Assembly: GCA_001724265.1 (NCBI GenBank)
Contig: MEDY01000089.1
Coordinates: forward strand, 1-64,000
Length of the DNA: 64,000 bases
From: Rhizaria sp. SCN 62-66
Lineage: Eukaryota
Direction: 5' to 3'
Shown here: in pieces, positions 53,850 through 63,665 of the stretch
How positions within the stretch are numbered: the first letter of the stretch is position 1
Layout of the letters: the number at the start of each line of letters is the position of its first letter
The notes under the pieces: generated by a model
Told to the model about the DNA's origin: nothing
Seen by the model: only the letters and a program-made list of their open reading frames with translations
Database searches by the model: none
Translations under genes and position numbers: made by a program

Positions 53850-55003
53850 TACGACCAGCAGTAGTTGGAGCTACTTCTCGTAAAATTCCTGGAAAACACG
53901 ACCAAGACTCAGACCTCGAATAGAAACATGTAGTTTGACCTTAGAAAATTGTAGAACAATGCCCACGTGCGAACTTTGGTATGGACTACTCTTCACGCGC
54001 ACAACATGTAACATGGTAAAGAGCGGGGGAGGGGGGATCGGGAGGAGTGAGAGTTTGGACTGCAAATGACAGATCAGTTGACAGCGGCATGCGATCTTCT
54101 TCACTTCATAGAAAATAAGGAAATCAAGTAGAAAACACGAGTTCAAGTTGTACATAAGCAAAAAAGTGACATTGTCGATGGATTTACATCAAAAAGTAAT
54201 TCCATATCCACGATGACGTCGCCCAAACCAAATCGAGCAACGCACCACAAACGCGTGTTACAATATTGTTTGTACGCTTTCATGACGAGAACTCCTCTAA
54301 AGAGAAGAGTTATGACGCGCAGATGTTTGTGCACGTATCAATCACGTATGGATCTCTTTAGTCCCTTTGTTTTTATGTCCGCACACATGTGCATTCCCTT
54401 TCAAGTCGTTTAAGACATCCTGCACGAGAGCATACATTTCGGACTCACCGATACTTCGTAAAAGTAGATCGATACATTCGACTGAATATTGACGGTGATT
54501 CGTGAAGTGAGTCTGTGTTATGTATGACTTAAAAGATTTGGGTTAAGTAGATCGAAGTTGTAAGCGTGTACATCGTGTACTTTTGTAAGAGTGTACTTCT
54601 CACAAGGCACTGATGCAACTTACAGGATTATATAATGCCAACGGCAAGCCACACAGGATCAACAACAAAAGAAAAAAAAAAAGAGTGGGAAAGAGAAGAT
54701 GTCATACAAAAAGAAACAAAACGAAGAGAGAAAGAAACAGAAGAGTGTGCAGGCTTCTTTTGCACACGTGACAGGAAAATAAAAAAAGATCAAAGAGCTG
54801 GGTAAAACAACACGTGACAAAACCAACTTTAATGTAACAGGAACAAAAACGCAAGCACATCACAACACACGATAAGTACGTACTAACGTCCATCGTCGTA
54901 ACGTGCGCTTACGTTTACATCCGAGCGAGTCTGGGAGAACCACCCAAGCAACGCGACCTCACGAACCTCTCCACGACAACACAGCCTGACTTAATAGCGG
55001 CGG

Positions 55004-55045
55004 CGCGGCTTAACTTACTCGAGGTGACGCGGCTTAACTTACTCG
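55004..55045. repeat. 18-nt direct repeat duplicating the LSm14 stop-codon context
   Basis: CGCGGCTTAACTTACTCG at 55004-55021 and 55028-55045. Confidence 0.85.
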
Positions 55046-57165
55046 CGCCAGGCGCCGCCTTTGCTGGCGCCGCCCTTCTTGGCGTGGCCGTTGAGCCCAA
55101 ACGCGTCGTCGTTGTCGTCGTCGTCACCGAAGTTGTTCTTGAAGCGAGGCTTATAGTCGTCGTTGTTGTTGTTGCCGCTGCCGCCACGGCCGGCGCCGCG
55201 GCTATTGTTACCGTCGCGGCCGCCGTCATTGTTGCTGCCGCTGGCGTAGTAACTGTTGCGGTAGCCGCCGCCGCTGCCGCCGTCGCGACTGTTGTTGCCG
55301 TCACGGTTGTTGTTGCTGCGGAAGTTGCCACGGTCGTTGTTGTTATTATTATTATCACGGTTGTTGCGGAAAGTGCCACGGTCACCGGAGTTGTTGTTTC
55401 CGTTACGGTTGAAGCCACGGCGGTCGTCACCGTTGTTGTTGCTGCGGAAGTTGCCACCGTCGCGGTCACGGTTGTTGTTGTTGGAGCGATCACCGCCGCG
55501 GCTATTGTTGTTGTTGTAGCCGCCGTTGCGGTCACGGTTGTTGTTGTTGTTGTTGTTGTTGCCGCCATGATACCCGTCCGCGTTGTTGTTGTTGTTGTTG
55601 TTATTGCGGTACTTATCGTTGACAGCGCGCACCTCCTCCTCGCCGAACGCCTCGCTGTCCTTCTTCAGGCCGCCACGGCCGCCGACATGGCCGCCGTAGC
55701 CGCCGCGGCCGCTGTGGCCATGCCCGCCGCCGGCCGCCGCGGCGCTGTGGCTGCGTGTGTTGACGGAGCTCGATATCGAGTCGAAGAAGGACGCCTTCTT
55801 GTCGTACACCTTGATCGCGGGCACAGTGACAGGCTTGCTACCGTCAGCAGCGTCGCCCGCGAGCGCGGCGGGGGCGGAGCCGTCAGCGCCGGCGGCCGCG
55901 GAGGAGGAGGATGCGAGAGACAGGTCGGCGAGCTGGGACTTGATGAACTGGCTCTTGTCGAAGAGTTGGTTCGAAGCCGCGATGTCGAAGTCCGGCTTAA
56001 CTTCCACCGGCGGCTTAACATTCGAAGCAGCAGCGCCACCGGCAGCCTTCTTCGAGCCAGCGCCAGCGGCGGCGCCGGCGGGGGCAGGGATGACGGGGCC
56101 GGAGGAGACGATGGCCGAGTCGGCCGCGGCGATCTTGCTGATCTTGGCGATCTCCTGGAGCCGGAACGTCACGAAAGTGGTGATGCCCGGCGTCTCGGCC
56201 ACGGCGGCAGGGTCCCCGGCCGGCACGCGCGCCTCCGTGCCCTTGACGGTGACGTTGTTGAGTGTGATCGTCTGCGTCGCGTTGTCGATGGCGGAGACGA
56301 CACCGACGTACCGCACATGCGCCTTGGTGACAACGGACATCGTGAGGCCGATGTAGTTCATCGCGGACGGCGCGGGCGCGGCAGCAGCGGGGGCCGCGGG
56401 CGCGGCAGCGGCGGCGGCAGGGGCCGCGGCAGCGGCGGCGGGCGCAGCAGAGGCGGCAGCAGGAGCGGCAGCGACGGCGGGGGCAGCGGCGGCGGTGGCG
56501 GCAGCAAGCTTAGCGGCGGCTGAGCCAGGGGCGATGCCGGTGTAGCTAGCAGCAGGAGGAGCAGCGCCAGCAGCAGGGGCGGCGGCGGCGGCACTGGCGG
56601 GGGCGGCGGCAGGGTTGGGCGGGGTGTAGTAGAGTCCGTGGGGGGCGAGGTGCCCGTGGGCCGCCGCGGAGGCGCCGTGAGCGCCGTGGTGCGGCGCAAG
56701 CCCGGGCGGCATGCCCATGCCCATGCCGCCCATGCCTGGCAGCCCGTGGACGGGGATGCCGTGGCCGCCGTGGAGGCCGTGTGCGCCATGGGGGCCGTGC
56801 GGTGAGGCGACGCCGTAGACGCCCGGCGGGGGGATGCTGTAGTAGCCGCCCGGAGGGAAGCCGCCGGCGCCAACGTAGGGCGGCGGCGCGAGGCCCTGTC
56901 CGGGGTTGGCGGCGCCCGGGGGCGGCGGGGCGTGTTGGTAATGCGTGGGGGGCGCGTAGTGAGGGTTTGCGTGGGGGTGGTAACCGCCGCCTGCGTGGCC
57001 GGCGCCGGCGGGGCCGGTGTGGGGCGGGTAGGCCATAACGCCGGGGGGCGCGGTGCCGGCGGCGGCGCGGGACGCGGAGGAGTTGCCAGCGTTGCCGCCA
57101 GCGTTGCCAGCGGCAGGGGCGGCGGCGGCGCCCTGGGGCCGCTTGGGGTGGGGTTGGTTGGACAT
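55039..57165 (-). CDS. LSM14: LSm14/Scd6/RAP55 P-body protein, 708 aa
   Basis: ATG 57165, TAA 55041-55039, intronless. LSm14 domain (YIGLTMSVVTKAHVRYVGVVSAID...ITLNNVTVKGTEAR...FVTFR), DFDF-like PDFDIAASNQLFDK, FFD box YDKKASFFDSISS, TFG-like DSEAFG, RGG/Asn-rich tail. Confidence 0.9.
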   Translation of the reverse strand: MSNQPHPKRPQGAAAAPAAGNAGGNAGNSSASRAAAGTAPPGVMAYPPHTGPAGAGHAGGGYHPHANPHYAPPTHYQHAPPPPGAANPGQGLAPPPYVGAGGFPPGGYYSIPPPGVYGVASPHGPHGAHGLHGGHGIPVHGLPGMGGMGMGMPPGLAPHHGAHGASAAAHGHLAPHGLYYTPPNPAAAPASAAAAAPAAGAAPPAASYTGIAPGSAAAKLAAATAAAAPAVAAAPAAASAAPAAAAAAPAAAAAAPAAPAAAAPAPSAMNYIGLTMSVVTKAHVRYVGVVSAIDNATQTITLNNVTVKGTEARVPAGDPAAVAETPGITTFVTFRLQEIAKISKIAAADSAIVSSGPVIPAPAGAAAGAGSKKAAGGAAASNVKPPVEVKPDFDIAASNQLFDKSQFIKSQLADLSLASSSSAAAGADGSAPAALAGDAADGSKPVTVPAIKVYDKKASFFDSISSSVNTRSHSAAAAGGGHGHSGRGGYGGHVGGRGGLKKDSEAFGEEEVRAVNDKYRNNNNNNNNADGYHGGNNNNNNNNRDRNGGYNNNNSRGGDRSNNNNRDRDGGNFRSNNNGDDRRGFNRNGNNNSGDRGTFRNNRDNNNNNNDRGNFRSNNNRDGNNSRDGGSGGGYRNSYYASGSNNDGGRDGNNSRGAGRGGSGNNNNDDYKPRFKNNFGDDDDNDDAFGLNGHAKKGGASKGGAWRE

Positions 57166-57917
57166 GGGGTGCGCCAACAAACTAAGCACAAAGCGGGAGA
57201 AAGAGCACGGTTATAGATGGATAAAGAGGTGAGGTGTCATATATATGTGTGCGATTGGCGAGGAGGCGCAGGGAAATGGCGCGAGAGAGCCACGAAGTTG
57301 GGGGCCAATCAAGGCGCTCGAGGCGAAGGGCGAGCCTGCCAAAGAAAAGAGATACATCGTCGCGAAAGAGCAAGAGTATAATGAATAAAGAGAAGACTGC
57401 GCAAGATCTATGTCTGTTTGTTGTGGAAAGAAGGACTAGATCCGCGCAGAACGGTACTTTCATGATTCGCCCGTTTTCAAAAATAATATTCACAGCCAGC
57501 CACTGTTCTTCGATGGACTGACTGAGTCGGTCGTCGGTCGTGACTCTGTTCGTGGTGGAGCTGACTGACTGTGAGCGACCTAACTTTGCTCTCAGCGAGT
57601 CAACAAACCGGACTGTGAGCAGCCAGCCAGCTTCGGCCAGAGACTCAGAGGGTGGCTTTCGAGTGAGGTTTGCAGCGCGTCGTGTGCGTTATATCGCTCG
57701 TGTGATAGATTCGTAGTTTTTTTATTAGCGAATATACGTCGTATTCTACCAGTGAATATTATTCAGTGGTCTCTATGCGCTCACTAGTGCCCACAATTGC
57801 TTCAACAATACCTCGCCCCAATCCTCACTCACCCCCACGCCACTCTGCCCACAACTTCGCCGCTTCCCTGCTCACCTTTTCACTTCTCCGTGTCTGCTTT
57901 TGCTGCCCACAGTTCCG

Positions 57918-58371
57918 ATGGCCGGTGACCCGATCCCTTCCAAGCGCCCCGTGATGCCCCGCATGGAGACCTGGTGGACCAAGTACCGCCACGTCTCCGG
58001 CATGGTCGTCGAGACCATCTCGCCCCACCGCCAGAAGATCATCACCCCTCTCTTCCGCAACATCCCCACCAAGCTCGGCCACCACGCCGCCTCCGTCGCG
58101 CCCGCCGTTCCCTTCCTCCTCGGCTACCTCGCCCTCAAGGGCTGGCTCACCGAGTACGTTCCACACACACTCTCTCAATGCTACTCACTTGATAGAGGCA
58201 GTTGCTCATGCTTCGCTCTGTCTCGTCGCAGTCCGGTTCTATTAGGCTTTCGCGTTGTATCCATGAATATTTGCTCACGCTTGCTCTTCTACTATCCTTT
58301 CATTCTTTTGTGCTTTTGTTTTGCGCGTCCACAGGAAGGCGGACAAGATGCACCGCTCCCACTGGGATTAA
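57918..58371 (+). CDS. Probable cytochrome bc1 complex subunit 8 (QCR8/UQCRQ-like), 90 aa
   Basis: Exons 57918-58153 and 58335-58371 (intron GTACGT..CAG). GMVVETISPHRQK resembles the QCR8 G-I-x-x-Y-x-L-S-P-x-x-Q motif, followed by a single TM segment and a short basic tail. Strong GC3 bias; stop TAA. Confidence 0.65.
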
Positions 58372-59309
58372 GCGACTCACCTCGCCCCCAGTCGTGCTTC
58401 GAGTGCTGACACTCTTGATTAAGAGCCTGCCGCTGCTCGTGCTGCTGAGCTGGTGCGATGACGCGCTTTGCCGCTCGCCGTTTGCGACGACAGAGTGCGT
58501 GTAAGCAACGCTAAGCAGCACACAAGCTGTTCTACAGCAACTGCAGCTGCAGCGAGTGCTCTGAAGCTATTGTCCTTCTTTTCTTTCTTTTTTTTTCAAG
58601 CTATTTTCGTTTCCTTTTCGTCTGGAGATCCTGAGTCTGCTTCACTTTTGCCTGTTGACGCCGCACTTGCAGCAGCGCACCCGCGTTTACTGCGCACCCG
58701 CGTTCACTGCGACCTTGTGGGAGTCGTGAGCAGGTGGCTTGCAGACAGACTTGGAATCTTTTCTATTTTATGATGTTCGTTTTCTCTCTCACGCACGCGC
58801 AACTATGCGTGCGTGCCCCAGCAGAGTTGGTTTTGTGTAATTTATGAGCTCCCCATCGGCGCAACCGTTGGTGCTGCTCCTTGTGTGCTCACTAGCAGCT
58901 GTTGTTATGCAACAGCAGCTGTGGGGGAGTGATCACGGCTCGGTTTAGCCCTGGGATATGCGTCTTGGGGCGTCTAAGCAAACGCATTTGCGTCATACAG
59001 CCTTCTTTTGTCACATATATGCCATCCTTTCTCTTGTATCGTTGCTAGTCGCTCTGTTCTATCACATTTGGACTCTGCTTGTTGTCAGTTTGTGGTCACT
59101 TGTGGGGGGTGGCAGGGCTCTGAGATAGGCGTGATTTGGGGTCAAGTTTGATTTGCATATGCACTTGTATCCTCCGCATAATACGAATGGTACTGCGCAA
59201 GCCGATATTAACTAACACGCACACCCACAAATCTATTTTGAAATTTTTTCCACGACTCATCTTTGTGCTCATATATCGTCGTCGCTGTTTCTCTCTCGCC
59301 ATTGTGCAG

Positions 59310-61270
59310 ATGTGGTCTCGCCTCCGCCTTGCCCGCCCCCTCGCGGCGCGCTCCGGCCTTGCCACCGTGACCTCTGCGCTTGCCACCCAGCGCCTTGCCA
59401 CTGCCGGCCCTCTTGCCGCCCCCGCGCGCCCGCTCTCCCTCGCCAGCCTCAGCTCCAAGCCTGCGACTATGAAGACGGGCTCGACTGCAAAGCCCTCCTC
59501 TTCTGCGTTCGCCCGCATTACCCTGACGCGCCTCGTCTCGGTCACCTCTGTCGCCGCGGCCCCCGCCCGCTCCGTGTCGGCTTCCGCAGCGCTGTTCAGC
59601 TAGCCGCAGGGTGTCGTGATCGACATCGACCCCACCGCGACCGCGCGCGTCACCTCCTCCTACCCCTCCTCCGCCGCCAACTCGAGTGACGCCAGTCCAA
59701 GCTCTGGCACGGACACGACCGAGGCGGACGCGGACCTGCGCACGGCGCTGCTCACGCAGGCGCTGGCGTATGTGCCTGACTACGGCTGGAGCGACGAGGC
59801 GCTTCTCAAGGCTCTCGCAGACAATGGGCTCTCGGCCTCGAGCTTCGGTTTGTTTCCCAACGGCGCAGGGGACCTGGTCGAACACTTTGTCGCCACCGCC
59901 AACGCCGCCACTATCAACCAAATCCAGGTATGTCTTCACACTTTACTACAAAAGAAGGGAATATCTTGCTATGAAGTTGTTTTATCCCGTTTTATGTTCG
60001 TTTGAAGTCGCATGACGCTATGCTAAAGTTGTCTCATGCTTTAAAGCTCACTTGACACTTGCTATGTTCTTTTGTCGTTCCGACCCTCACAGGACCGCCC
60101 CGACTTCGACACGATGCGCACCCCGGCGCTGCTGACGGCGGCGCTGCGTCTGCGTCTGGAGCAAAACATTCCATACCTGCCCCGCCTCTCGCAGGTACGT
60201 CTTGTTGGATCGTAACTTTGAGCGAGGATATCTCGCGCCTGTCACAACATATTGTGTTTATTTTACAACATTTCGGTATATTATACATGTATTTGTATAT
60301 AAATATTGTTTTATATCCATATAACTCAACTATGCTGACGTATCTCCCTTCTTGTGTCCCCGCCCTCGTGTTTGTTCACACTCGTCCCCTCTCAGGCGCT
60401 GTCCGTGGCGCTGCGCCCGTCGGCCGTGGCGCCGCTGGCCACGCACGTGGGCTGGCTCGTGGACGACCTGTGGCACCTGGCGGGCGACACGGCGACCGAC
60501 TCGGCCTGGTACACCAAGCGCGCCTCGCTGGCCGCGGTGTATCTCGCCACGGAGCTCTACATGATTACCGACAAGTCCCACGGGTTCCAGGACACGTGGG
60601 CCTTCCTCGACCGCAGGATGAAGGTACGGGCTTATGTTTATTGCCTCATTGACAGAGCTACCCAGAAGATAAACAGTGAGATGCCGTGTTATCCTCCGGG
60701 GTGCAACTTCAAAACTATTGCTCAGCCACTTTATGACGATTTGACTCTCTTCATTGATGTTATTTCAGAATTTTTAGATTGAAATAATGAGTTTTGCTGA
60801 CTTCGATTTTTCTGTTTTTAATATCCTCTCACACAACATCTATTTGCATTCTCTGTATCTCAATCATCCTTCCCTCCCACTCTCTAGGACGCGGCCTCCG
60901 TGTCCACGCTGCCCTCGCAGGCGCAGGACACCGTCGTCAAGGTGGCCACCACCGCGGGCGAGATTGTCGCACGCATTATGGCCGACTTCGCCCCTCAGGG
61001 CGCCTCGGGGGCCGCCGCCTCCGCCGCCGCCTCGGCCTCAGCGGCCGCGAGCTCGATCACCGCCGCGTTCTCCAACGTCGTCTCCAGAGTCGCCAGCAGC
61101 GCCAACAACAACGCCAATACCGCGAATACTCACAGTGCCACTGCTGCCGGTGCCGCCGCCGGCGCTGCTGCGGGGGCAGCCGTTGACGCCGCCGTTGACG
61201 CCGCCGCTGGCGCTGCTGCCGGCGCCGCAGCCGGTGGCACTGATGCCATCAAGGCCACGGCCGACGCCGC

Positions 61271-61305
<35 letters not shown>

Positions 61306-61775
61306 CTGCTGCTGGCGTTGGCGCTGGAGCTTTCGGCTCGAACCCGAGCAGCAACGGCGCTAGCGCGAACGCTGGAGGCGCTAGTCACAACAACAACAAC
61401 AGCAACCCCATTGCTGGCGGCGATTTCGTGCGGAACCTCTTCACCAACGTGACGGCCGCCGCCTCCGCGCTGCCGCTGCCGCCCGCGGCGGCCTCGGCGC
61501 TTAACTCGGCCTCCGCCGCCGCCGCCTCGGTCGCCGGCTCCGTCGCCGACAAGGTCTCCGGCGCGGTCGCTGGCGCGGGCGCTGCGGTGCCCCAGTCGGC
61601 TCAGTCTGTGGCTCAGTCACTGGGGGCTGCGGCGGACAGCTTCGGCCGCACTGTGGGACAGACCGTGAGTCAGACCGTGGGCAGCTTCAGGGAGGGCGTT
61701 GCCAAGGGCGCGGGCTCCACAGGCTTTCAGCAGCAGGCTCAGTCTCAGTCGCAGGCGCAGCAGGCGAAGCCTTGA
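59310..61775 (+). CDS. COQ9: Mitochondrial ubiquinone biosynthesis protein COQ9, 611 aa, with an in-frame TAG just after the presequence
   Basis: Exons 59310-59927, 60093-60194, 60396-60623, 60888-61775 (1836 nt). Motifs ALAYVPDYGWSDEAL, LFPNGAGDLVEHF, VDDLWHLAGD..DSAWYTKRASLAAVYLATELYMITDKS.GFQDTWAFLDRR. Arg/Ala/Ser-rich presequence; TAG 59601-59603; stop TGA. Confidence 0.92.
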
Positions 61776-62080
61776 GTGACCGGTGAGTGAGGAGTGATTT
61801 GGGGTTATATATTGCTCGTAAAGGCCATAGGACGGAACATACATGTGCATGGTCATGGTTAATTATTGAATCAAATACATACTATCGAAGTCATATTCGT
61901 TTCATGCACCTGAGCAATACTGTTGTGGTTTTGATGAACATTCGTGGTGGGTCAGGGAGGTTCGCAAAAAATCGAATGGCAGCGAACTTCGTTCGGTGGT
62001 CGGGCCGACCGAGGGCTGATGAGTAGCTTTCGCAGTTTAATAATTCCTGTTTATAGAACCGGTCATTCCGCCTGTAGATA

Positions 62081-62621
62081 ATGTCTGACGACGAGTACGA
62101 CAACAACAACTTTGACGATGGTGGCGACGACGTCGATGAGTACGTATCTTTTGTATCCCCCCACTTGGAATTTCTGCTCTTTCCCAGCCCAACACAACCC
62201 CCAGCACCATCTCCCTTTTCCACTCTACCCTACCCTCCCGTTCTCACCTCTCTCTCTCCCCTCACCTTTTGCCCACGACTGCCCCCGCAGGATGGTTGAT
62301 GACGAGGCCGTCGACGGCGCTGCGGCCGGCACCGGCGCGCAGGACGGCATCGACATGATCGCCCCCGAGGACGCGATCCGCTCCGACACCAAGGTGACGA
62401 CGCGCTACCTCACCAAGTACGAGCGCGCGCGCATCCTGGGCACGCGCGCACTGCAGATCTCGCACGGCGCGGCGATCATGGTGGACCCGCAGGGCGAGTC
62501 TGACCCGCTGGAGATCGCGCGCAAGGAGCTGATCCAGGGCAAGATCCCCATCGTCATCCGCCGCTACCTGCCCGACAACTCGTTCGAGGACTGGCGCATC
62601 TCAGAGCTCATCGTCGATTAA
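62081..62621 (+). CDS. RPB6: RNA polymerases I/II/III shared subunit RPB6 (RPABC2), 129 aa
   Basis: Exons 62081-62139 and 62291-62621 (intron GTACGT..CAG). Acidic N-terminus, then [22 protein letters not shown]...[28 protein letters not shown]; stop TAA. Confidence 0.96.
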
Positions 62622-63665
62622 TTCCAACAACGCATCACGATACCAAACGCAGCAATGTAGCGCCACGCAGCGCATGCTGTCGCGGCCGACGTCAAACTGC
62701 GGCGCCGTGGCCAGACGCGTCGAGCGTTGACCGATGACACCACAACATGCGACGCCACTACCTGCATGACAACACTGTCCCTTTCACGGCACGGGCCTGG
62801 CTTGCAGGCGCGTGGCTGCGAGCGCGGAAGATGCGCGAGTGAGCGTGACGGGACGTACACAACGGTATCCTGTCGTGCCACAGCTCGAGCGAGCGCATCA
62901 CAGCGCTGCTTGGCGCTGTGATGCTGAGCTTGCTACTCGGCGCAAACTGTTGAGCAAAGCGCTGACGTTGGCAACGAACTCCCTTGTTACAAACGGCACG
63001 CACATATTTGCCCACAGGCCCAGGCATTGTCTCAGCTGCCGCAGGCGCTGTCGCTGTCGCATTGTCCCACTCAACGCAGTTTGCACCACCAATGAGCGAA
63101 GGTCAAGCGCCGCCGTCCCTTGGCTGGCGCCTGCGACTGCGCCTGCGTTTGCGCTTGCGACTCCGGCTGCGACTCCTGCCGTGGCTGCTGCTGTGGCTGC
63201 GACATTGCGTGTGACCGGTCGCAGCAATACATGCTCTGTGAGCGTGAGTGGTCCATTCGGACACGGCTCCATTCGGACACGCAATTGCCGTAGGCGTTTG
63301 TTGCCTGTAAGCGCGGGCCGCTCTGTTGCGTTGATGCAATGTAAGATATTTTCGATAAGAATAATCACAAAATAGTAATATATAGCCTCCCTTTCTTTCT
63401 ATTTCAAAATAAGACGAACAAAAATACACTTTTAATTCGAAACATGCCCACTTCTCCGTGTAATTGTGCATCTTGAAAAGCTGTCAATGTCACAGGTTCA
63501 TTGTGTATCTTTTTGAGTCAAATATAAAAGGAGTTGCAGACCAATTATTCACAATCTAATTATGTATTTAATCTTTCTCTCTAGGTATCATTTCAATCAT
63601 TCTAAGTAATCTTGTGATTGTTACTCTCTTGTGTGGTCCTCAGCAACAGCAAGCGGTCAAAGCAG

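Noticed and set aside
55024-56523. 499-aa Val/Ala-rich plus-strand ORF and the many other antisense or alternate-frame ORFs in the track
   Set aside because: These are shadows of GC-rich, repeat-rich real genes (here antisense to LSm14 Asn/Arg runs), with no independent motifs.
58780-58935. Short hairpins downstream of the QCR8-like gene as a possible ncRNA
   Set aside because: Stems are only 7-9 bp in simple-sequence context, with no convincing C/D, H/ACA or Sm motifs.
5820-59603. Pyrrolysine insertion or motif-programmed readthrough at TAG
   Set aside because: The sites lie in polyQ runs or linkers, share no downstream motif such as CARYYA, and no pyl genes are present in the window. Pyrrolysine is not known from eukaryotes.
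59560-59610. TAGCCGCAG as a splice acceptor removing the COQ9 TAG
   Set aside because: There is no GTACG-like donor and no AT-rich intron body upstream; the sequence is GC-rich, in frame and presequence-like.
5298-61775. In-frame TAGs as pseudogene nonsense mutations or random base errors
   Set aside because: Random damage should also produce internal TAA and TGA (from CAA, CGA, TGG and others). All eight clear interruptions are TAG, in five genes that keep intact motifs and splice sites, and no located gene end is TAG. Not formally excluded without reads.
62622-63375. Moderately GC-rich stretch after RPB6 with several overlapping ORFs
   Set aside because: No frame gives a coherent, codon-biased protein even with TAG read as sense. 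It may be UTR or a decayed gene; not callable.
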